Assembly (NCBI GenBank): GCA_028286885.1
Contig: JAQBQS010000016.1
Location: 2,809-66,808 of the forward strand
Direction of reading: 5' to 3'
DNA length: 64,000 bases
Source: Patescibacteria group bacterium
Lineage (GTDB): Bacteria > Patescibacteriota > Minisyncoccia > Phycocordibacterales > UBA1006
Of the stretch, positions 57,572 through 64,000 are shown one piece after another. The notes below the pieces were generated by a model, which saw nothing but the letters and a program-made list of their open reading frames with translations, searched no databases and was not told the origin of the DNA. The translations under genes and the position numbers were made by a program. The number at the start of each line of letters is the position of its first letter. Positions within the stretch are counted from its first letter, which is position 1.

Positions 57572-58060
57572 ATGCCAAACATCAACGTAACCCCGTTCCT
57601 CTGGTTCAACGACAACGCCGAGGAGGCCGTGAACCTGTACATGTCGCTGTTCCCAAACTCAAAACTTGTCAGCATTGCCAAGTATCCAGACACATTCCCA
57701 AGTCCGTCGATGGCCGGAAAAGTTCTGACAGCAGTCTTTGAGTTAAACGGTCGCGAATTCCGCGCAATGGACGCGGGTCCGCACGCGGAGTTTACCGATG
57801 CAATCTCGCTTCAGGTTGATGTCGATACCCAAGAAGAAGTCGACCATTTGTGGAACGGGCTGACTGCGAACGGCGGAGCTGAAAGCCGGTGCGGATGGTG
57901 CAAAGACAAGTTCGGCGTTTCTTGGCAGATCATTCCAAGAATGCTGCCAAAGCTTATCGGAGATTCTGACCGCGAAAAGTCAGCGCGCGCCATGGCTGCG
58001 ATGATGACGATGGGCAAGATCGACATTGCCAAGATTCAGGCGGCGTACGACGGGCAGTAA
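57572..58060 (+). CDS. VOC family protein (PhnB-like)
   Basis: TPFLWFND.AEEA..LY, CGWCKDKFGVSWQI. Confidence 0.9.
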   Translation: MPNINVTPFLWFNDNAEEAVNLYMSLFPNSKLVSIAKYPDTFPSPSMAGKVLTAVFELNGREFRAMDAGPHAEFTDAISLQVDVDTQEEVDHLWNGLTANGGAESRCGWCKDKFGVSWQIIPRMLPKLIGDSDREKSARAMAAMMTMGKIDIAKIQAAYDGQ

Positions 58061-58096
58061 GCCCGTTTTGTTTTGGAAAGCTGGTATACTTCTAGC

Positions 58097-58546
58097 ATGA
58101 ACGAACAACTTCCCGCGAATAATCCGATCGAGAGCCTTGAGAAAAGGAAAGAGAGAAAGGAGAAACTGCGTCTCGAGATAACGTCTTTTGCCGCGGAGAT
58201 CATCGCAAGCGGCGAGACATTTCCGTTTCCCGGGCTCGACAATGAAACGTATGTGAAATGGAAGGAAAGCGAAGAATTCATCCCTTCGGAATTTGCTTTC
58301 ACTTCGATCGACGAGATTCTTGAAAAATTCAAAACCGAGGGAATGAAGCTTTCTCTCGGCGACGTATATCCCGCGGATGCGAAGCATAACGGTGCGGTCT
58401 ATGTCCTGCCGGTTTCAAGCACGAGCGTGAAAGAGGACGGATTGCTTTTGAAAAAGATAATCATCGACGGGTCGGCAGATCCTCGCATTAAAAATCTTTT
58501 CTCGAAGGTCGAAGAATATGAGAAAATAAATGTAAGAGCTGACTAG
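58097..58546 (+). CDS. Hypothetical protein
   Basis: 149-aa ORF. Confidence 0.55.
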   Translation: MNEQLPANNPIESLEKRKERKEKLRLEITSFAAEIIASGETFPFPGLDNETYVKWKESEEFIPSEFAFTSIDEILEKFKTEGMKLSLGDVYPADAKHNGAVYVLPVSSTSVKEDGLLLKKIIIDGSADPRIKNLFSKVEEYEKINVRAD

Positions 58547-58552
58547 TTTTCT

Positions 58553-58948
58553 ATGCAATCAAAAAATAAACTTATTGGCGTGAGCATTCTGTCGCTTGTC
58601 ATCGGGGTTCTCATAGGTTGGCTGATCTGGCACGGAGTTTCTTCAAGTCAGAGTGATCATATGACAACCCATGTTATGCCGGACGGTACCGTTATGAATC
58701 AAGATGGCAGCATGGCTATGCAGATGGACGCTATGACGAACGGGCTTGCCGGCAAAATCGGCGACGAGTTCGACCGCGCATTCCTGACAGAAATGATTGC
58801 TCATCACGAAGGGGCTGTTGCAATGGCGAACCTCGTTCTCAAAAATTCCAAGCGTCCGGAAATGATCGCGTTTGCGCACCGCATTATCGACGCGCAAAGC
58901 GGCGAAATTATCCAGATGAAGGAATGGCTGGCGCAGTGGTATCGTTAA
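58553..58948 (+). CDS. DUF305 family protein
   Basis: FDRAFLTEMIAHHEGAVAMA...IIDAQSGEI..MKEWL. Confidence 0.9.
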   Translation: MQSKNKLIGVSILSLVIGVLIGWLIWHGVSSSQSDHMTTHVMPDGTVMNQDGSMAMQMDAMTNGLAGKIGDEFDRAFLTEMIAHHEGAVAMANLVLKNSKRPEMIAFAHRIIDAQSGEIIQMKEWLAQWYR

Positions 58949-59000
58949 TTGGATAAATATAAAAATCCCTTTTTGGGATTTTTATATTTCAAGAAAAGCT

Positions 59001-59165
59001 TTATTGTAATTCTTCGTCTTGGTTGGAATCATCAGCATCCGAAGACGATGATGCTTGAGAATTTTCATTTTGTTCAGATGGATGATATCCGTTTGGATGG
59101 TCTGTTCGTCGTTCTTCGTCAGTCATTGAATCATTTCGCCTCTCTCCGTTCATAGTTGTATTCAT
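59001..59165 (-). CDS. Possible small acidic disordered protein
   Basis: 54-aa ORF ending before a bidirectional terminator. Confidence 0.3.
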   Translation of the reverse strand: MNTTMNGERRNDSMTDEERRTDHPNGYHPSEQNENSQASSSSDADDSNQDEELQ

Positions 59166-59348
59166 AAAATGCAATAAAATAACCTGATAAGAATTCGACT
59201 CGAAAGTGTGGCGCGCCACACTTTCATTGTAAATCCCTTTTTAATCAGTGTCAGGAGGGACGGTGGATAAAAAAGCGGATTAAAATCCTTTTAAAAATAA
59301 AGGCTTAATATGGAGTTTCTCTTCGTACGTTCGTGCTAGAATTGGCTC

Positions 59349-60014
59349 ATGAATATTTTCGAACGACTTTGTTACAAGTTGCCGAGGGCGTTACAAAGTC
59401 TTGTTACGTTTCGCGCGATCGCGTGGTATTTGCTCGCCGTTGCCGCAACGTACGCGATCGTCATGTTCGGACTCGATGCGAACTATTTTATGTGGGCACA
59501 GACGAGTTCGCTCTACGGATTTTTCTCGCTCGCGGGATTCCTTGGATTTTTTATTCCGTTTTTCATCTTCCTTATATTTTTGGTTGTCGGATCAGTAACG
59601 AAAAACAAGCGCACGATGATGGCCGCATGGATGTCGGCGCAGGCGGGAATACTCGGCTTCGGGCTTTCATCATTCGTCAAGATTTTCACGGGGCGCATCC
59701 AGCCGCCGCACGGAATCGTTTCGAATGTTTTGCAAGTAAGCCACGGGTTCCGGTTCGGGATTCTCGAAGGCGGAGTCTTCTGGGGCTGGCCGTCATCGCA
59801 CACGGCGACCGCATTCGCGATTTCAGTTGCGATCGCTGTCTATTACAAGGACAAGAAATGGCTCGGCGTCATCGCAATCTTGTATGCGCTCTATATCGGC
59901 ATCGGCGCGTCGATGAGTTTTCATTGGCTTTCCGACGTTGTTGCGGGACTTATCTTGGGATGCGTGATCGGGGTTGCGGCGGGAAGGAATTTTCGAGAAA
60001 GTAAGAAATTATAG
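59349..60014 (+). CDS. PAP2 family phosphatase
   Basis: K...GR.QP, PSSHT, HWLSDV..G. Confidence 0.88.
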   Translation: MNIFERLCYKLPRALQSLVTFRAIAWYLLAVAATYAIVMFGLDANYFMWAQTSSLYGFFSLAGFLGFFIPFFIFLIFLVVGSVTKNKRTMMAAWMSAQAGILGFGLSSFVKIFTGRIQPPHGIVSNVLQVSHGFRFGILEGGVFWGWPSSHTATAFAISVAIAVYYKDKKWLGVIAILYALYIGIGASMSFHWLSDVVAGLILGCVIGVAAGRNFRESKKL

Positions 60015-60137
60015 TTGACAAGAAAACGCCTGAAGGGAGAGATAACGAGTTAGAAAATATCTTTTCATTAATAAAAGTAATATAAATATTCAAAAACAGC
60101 GATTTCCAAATCGCTGTTTTTATGTTACTGTAATTTC

Positions 60138-60290
60138 GTACCCCATAGACCTTAGAATGCTCACCTTTCCCGAAGGATGGCTGCTTTTATTATCTGTTAT
60201 TGATAAACAAGGGCAGTCGAGTTCCGTAACAGGACCTCTTTCGGGAGGAGCACTGTCTATGGGGTACAGCTCGGCTGCCCCTTTTTGTTT
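60138..60290 (+). ncRNA. Candidate structured leader RNA with alternative pairings
   Basis: 13-bp perfect outer helix, nested stems, alternative helix followed by a U-run. Confidence 0.55.
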
Positions 60291-60339
60291 TGTTCGAAAT
60301 GAAAATGCGCGAGCTATTACTTAATTAGTTTTTCGTATT

Positions 60340-61083
60340 ATGTTTGCGATTTTTGGATGGGGAAGAAAATCAAAAAGTTGGCTCCTGCCGGACGGCAGCC
60401 ATGTCCTGGCTTATTGGCGTTATTTTCATATATTTTGGTGTCCTCTTGCATTTAACATTAAATGGCATTTGGTCGGTGATAATCGTTCCGAAGACAAGGT
60501 AATTACTCATGAAAAAGTAAAAGAACTGATGCCACACAATACTCCCGACTTGAATGCTTGGCAGCGATACGGGCTTCTCATGGCGGCGGGAGTTTGCATT
60601 CTTATAGCAATCATTTCCGGAGCAACATCCCAAGACACATCTTTTGCATCTTCCAACGCTCAGCAGAGCCAAGCTTCCTACAACTCACTTCCGACCGGTA
60701 CAGTTCTTTTGAAGTTGCCTAGTTATTTTGAAGGAAGTGGAAGGTTTACTATTAAAAACGGCACCAGTGACGATGCAGTTGTAAAACTTGTAGATAATTC
60801 TGCCAATACGTCCATATATTCGGTATATTTAAAGGCGAATAGTAATTATACAGTTGAAAGTATTTTAGATGGGAATTATAAAGTCATATTTACTTCGGGT
60901 AAGAATTGGGATGCGAGCAGTAACAAGTTTCTCGTGAGTCCTGATTATGAGAAGTTTGAAGATATTCTTAATTTTGAAACTACAGACGATCAGTTGACGC
61001 ATTATTCGTTGACTCTCAACCCAGTAGTAGGGGGTACTGCTGAAACTGCTACGATTAATCCATCAGAATTTAATAGTTATTGA
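60340..61083 (+). CDS. Hypothetical membrane-anchored protein
   Basis: IFGWG N-terminal domain, TM, beta-rich extracellular domain (IKNGT..DAVVKL). Confidence 0.7.
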   Translation: MFAIFGWGRKSKSWLLPDGSHVLAYWRYFHIFWCPLAFNIKWHLVGDNRSEDKVITHEKVKELMPHNTPDLNAWQRYGLLMAAGVCILIAIISGATSQDTSFASSNAQQSQASYNSLPTGTVLLKLPSYFEGSGRFTIKNGTSDDAVVKLVDNSANTSIYSVYLKANSNYTVESILDGNYKVIFTSGKNWDASSNKFLVSPDYEKFEDILNFETTDDQLTHYSLTLNPVVGGTAETATINPSEFNSY

Positions 61084-61221
61084 TTATCGTAATTACTCTT
61101 TCTTCCTGGCCTGGTTTTTTATACAGTCCGATGGTATATAGTATCTATGTCTTGTTTTCTTCTCTCGACAGTTTAATGCAAGAACTTAATAATCAATTCG
61201 AAGTAAGAAGCATTATTTGAA

Positions 61222-61473
61222 ATGAAAAAAATTCTCAGAAATCTTGTAATCGGAATGGCTGCATTTGTTGTCGCATTCGCAATGGCGAGTCCGGCATTCG
61301 CATCCAAATCGTATTACTACACGAATTCGTCGCACAACCGCGTTCATGTTCCTACATATCAGAACACGGTTCCGGCAGGAGCTTCGGCGCATTGCCGCGA
61401 CGGATCGTACAGCTATAGCCAGCATCGACGCGGGACATGTTCCGGGCATCATGGAGTTGCGTCGTGGTTATAA
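61222..61473 (+). CDS. DUF3761 family secreted protein (paralog of 25976)
   Basis: GASAHCRDGSYSYSQHRRGTCSGHHGV. Confidence 0.85.
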   Translation: MKKILRNLVIGMAAFVVAFAMASPAFASKSYYYTNSSHNRVHVPTYQNTVPAGASAHCRDGSYSYSQHRRGTCSGHHGVASWL

Positions 61474-61570
61474 TATCTAAAACAAAAAATCCTGCCCATG
61501 CAGGGTTTTTTGCCAGCTGTTTTCTTGACAAAAATTTCCAATTCAAGTACGGTGTTTTAAAATCACAACA

Positions 61571-62209
61571 ATGAATAGAAAGAAGCATATATTCTTCGAT
61601 TTCGACGGAATGAAATTCGATACGATACCCAAGCAAGTTGAATATCTGAACCAGCGTTACGGGCTGAACCTCACGGTTGACGATCATACGGACGGACTTT
61701 TTCTCGATGAAATCCTGAACAAGCATCTTCCCGCTGATAAGCACGTGACTCGGATCGATGCCTATCGCGACGTTTCAAAGTATTTCCTCGAGTCGCATGA
61801 GTGGCACGAGGGCATCATGCCGATGGAAGGAATGGCTGAAACGCTCGAAGCGTTATCCAAGGAGTATGTTCTTTGGACCGTAACGGCGCGCCAGATAGGC
61901 GGGATAGATGTCATCAAGCAGGTGCTCGACAGGCACGTGCCCAACTGCATCGAGGATATCCATTGCGTATGGAGGTACCAGGATGGAGATTTCAAGGCCG
62001 TTAGCAAGCGAGAATTCATCGAAAGTATCGACGGAGAAAAAGTCGGGTTTCTCGATGATTCGCCGTCGGAAGTGGAGCAGATTCAGGACATCGTTCCGTC
62101 ATGGCTCTTCGATCCGACCGGCAAGCATGACTCGAATACGAAAATCAAGAATCGCGTGCGCAGCTGGAGGGAGATCAAGGGCCTATTCCTCAAAAACCCA
62201 GACAATTAA
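61571..62209 (+). CDS. HAD superfamily (5'-nucleotidase-like) protein
   Basis: FDFDG, VTAR, K, LDDS, RVRSWREI. Confidence 0.7.
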   Translation: MNRKKHIFFDFDGMKFDTIPKQVEYLNQRYGLNLTVDDHTDGLFLDEILNKHLPADKHVTRIDAYRDVSKYFLESHEWHEGIMPMEGMAETLEALSKEYVLWTVTARQIGGIDVIKQVLDRHVPNCIEDIHCVWRYQDGDFKAVSKREFIESIDGEKVGFLDDSPSEVEQIQDIVPSWLFDPTGKHDSNTKIKNRVRSWREIKGLFLKNPDN

Positions 62210-62274
62210 TACAACCCGCTCGAAAGGGCGGTTTTTTATTTTCTAAAAGATCCAGTATGTGTTAATGTCATTGC

Positions 62275-63177
62275 ATGTGGCAGCTCTACGTCTTGGGATC
62301 GCTCTTCGCGTCCGCAACTGAAAACGTGATCGAGAAGGCTTCGATCATCAAAAATATTGCCGTTGATTTTTTCATCGCGTCATTCTGGCGGCCTTTTCTT
62401 TTCTTCGTCGTGACGGCATTGATCGGGATTATCGGCGTTGTCGGTCCGCTTCACTTTTCGTTTCATTGGACAATCTTGCTTCTTGCTCCTTTTGGGGCGA
62501 CAGCGTCGTTGTTTTACACCTACACGCTCAAGCATGTGGAAATTACGAATGCTTCCGCGATCGCATATGCGGCGCCGATCGTATTTTTATTCATCGATTC
62601 GAAAATCTTCCATAACGGATTTCCGTTTGCCGTGGTCGCCGGAATTTTCCTTTTGGTTCTCGGAGGAATCGGTTTCTCTCTTGATGCGACGACGAGAAAA
62701 CTAAAGTCCGAACTGACGCCGAAGGTATGGGGAATCCTGCTGTTCGGATTGGTTTGGACGGGCTTTGAAGCGTACGCGTTCAAATATTTAAACAGTATCC
62801 AAGGAGTAAACGGCGTCAGCTTCTTCGCAAGCATGTGGCTTCTTGTCTCGGCAATTCTCTTCGTCGTTGTCATCGCGAAAGGGAAAGCGAACCTTCTTGC
62901 CAGCAAGGCGACATTCGCATACGTGAAGCAGTCCCTGATGAGCAAGACGCTCGACGCGACAAGCACGGTACTGTGGGCTCAGGCGATTGCATTTGCAACG
63001 GTTGCCCAAGTCAGCGCGCTCGATGCGCTCTATCCGCTGATCATCTTTGCAATGGCGGCTATCGTGCAGGGAATCTTCCGCGTGAAGCTCGACGAGAAAT
63101 TGGACCGGCGTCATGTCTTCTTGAAGATAATTGCGACGATTATGCTGGTTGCCGGAGCGTTTCTGATCGGCGCGTAA
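62275..63177 (+). CDS. EamA/DMT family transporter
   Basis: About ten TM segments in two repeats. Confidence 0.75.
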   Translation: MWQLYVLGSLFASATENVIEKASIIKNIAVDFFIASFWRPFLFFVVTALIGIIGVVGPLHFSFHWTILLLAPFGATASLFYTYTLKHVEITNASAIAYAAPIVFLFIDSKIFHNGFPFAVVAGIFLLVLGGIGFSLDATTRKLKSELTPKVWGILLFGLVWTGFEAYAFKYLNSIQGVNGVSFFASMWLLVSAILFVVVIAKGKANLLASKATFAYVKQSLMSKTLDATSTVLWAQAIAFATVAQVSALDALYPLIIFAMAAIVQGIFRVKLDEKLDRRHVFLKIIATIMLVAGAFLIGA

Positions 63178-63265
63178 TTTTTGAAAAAATTCCGCAATAG
63201 ATACATGGCCGCATTTTTATCGAACATGCTAAAATGGCCATACTAACAATTAACCAACCAAACCT

Positions 63266-63658
63266 ATGAATCCAGTCGTCCATTTTGAAATGCCCTATGA
63301 AGATCGCGATCGTGCCAGCACTTTTTACGAGAAGACATTCGGCTGGAAGATGAACAAGCTCGGCGCGGACATGGGCGATTACGTCGTCGCGCATACCGGT
63401 GAGACCGATGAGAAGAATATGCTGAAAGTACCTAACATGATCAACGGCGGATTTTGGAACAAGACGATGAGTCCCGCAACTGCTGTGCCGTCAGTCGTCA
63501 TTGCCGTTACCGACATGGACAAGGCGGTTGCGGACGTGAAGGCAAATGGCGGAACAATGCTCGGCGAACCGCAGGAGATTCCGGGCGTCGGACTTCACGC
63601 AGGATTTACCGATACCGAAGGCAACCGCGTAAGCTTGCTCAAGCCGAACCAGATGTAA
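63266..63658 (+). CDS. VOC/glyoxalase family protein
   Basis: VVHFEMP..D.DRA..FY...FGW, INGG, DTEGNRVSL. Confidence 0.88.
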   Translation: MNPVVHFEMPYEDRDRASTFYEKTFGWKMNKLGADMGDYVVAHTGETDEKNMLKVPNMINGGFWNKTMSPATAVPSVVIAVTDMDKAVADVKANGGTMLGEPQEIPGVGLHAGFTDTEGNRVSLLKPNQM

Positions 63659-63745
63659 AACCCGAAAGGGTTTTTATTCTTGACAAATTATCATTAAAAA
63701 GTATAATCCTTCTTAATATTTCTTAACTAAACTAAATAATCAATC

Positions 63746-64000
63746 ATGAACGGCGGAATATTTTTTAACGGAAAAGCGGTAGGTATCTTGGGATGCTGCG
63801 TATTGGCATTGGGTCTTCTTGTATGTACTACGATCTGGAGCGATAAAACGTCTGATTATAATCCATCCTATGAGAATCGTGGCGGAAAAATCGCGAAGCT
63901 GTACATCGAAAACGGATGCAGAGTCGCCCTGGTGCAGGACAAAGTCGATACTCTTCAGTATATGAAACTGTCTTCATGCGATCAGACATTCGGAGACGTC
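63746..64000 (+). CDS. Hypothetical exported protein (truncated by window end)
   Basis: Open frame with N-terminal TM after a TTGACA-TATAAT promoter. Confidence 0.5.
   Translation, partial: MNGGIFFNGKAVGILGCCVLALGLLVCTTIWSDKTSDYNPSYENRGGKIAKLYIENGCRVALVQDKVDTLQYMKLSSCDQTFGDV

Noticed and set aside
1-64000. Additional remote VR copies for the DGR
   Set aside because: No second match to the TR 3' segment GGGGTTTGTCTCTCTCG was noticed by eye; a BLAST of TR against the full genome is needed

Overview
Bacterial chromosome segment with a gene repertoire typical of Patescibacteria/CPR (rny, clpP, FKBP-less tig, ppa, HU, TrmB-like regulators, many small stand-alone hypothetical genes); the taxonomy is inferred, not searched. 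The main element is a complete diversity-generating retroelement at ~44.9-49.3 kb. Its target is a MoxR-like AAA+ ATPase with a C-terminal variable region (VR 47301-47428). The template repeat (TR 47693-47818) differs from VR by 15 substitutions, all at TR adenines, plus a 2-bp insertion in VR. An avd gene lies on the opposite strand, head-to-head with the reverse transcriptase across a G14 tract, and a HExxH+vWA protein follows the RT directly. Two tRNA-anchored islands (tRNA-Gly, tRNA-Asn) carry serine recombinases whose C-termini appear split by their att sites; the Asn islet carries AbiV-like and SIR2-like genes. A ~147-nt structured RNA candidate occurs twice (3210, 23133) with compensatory base changes. 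Further candidate structured RNAs lie at 10.3-12.1 kb and 60.1 kb. All family assignments come from motif recognition by eye, without database searches.
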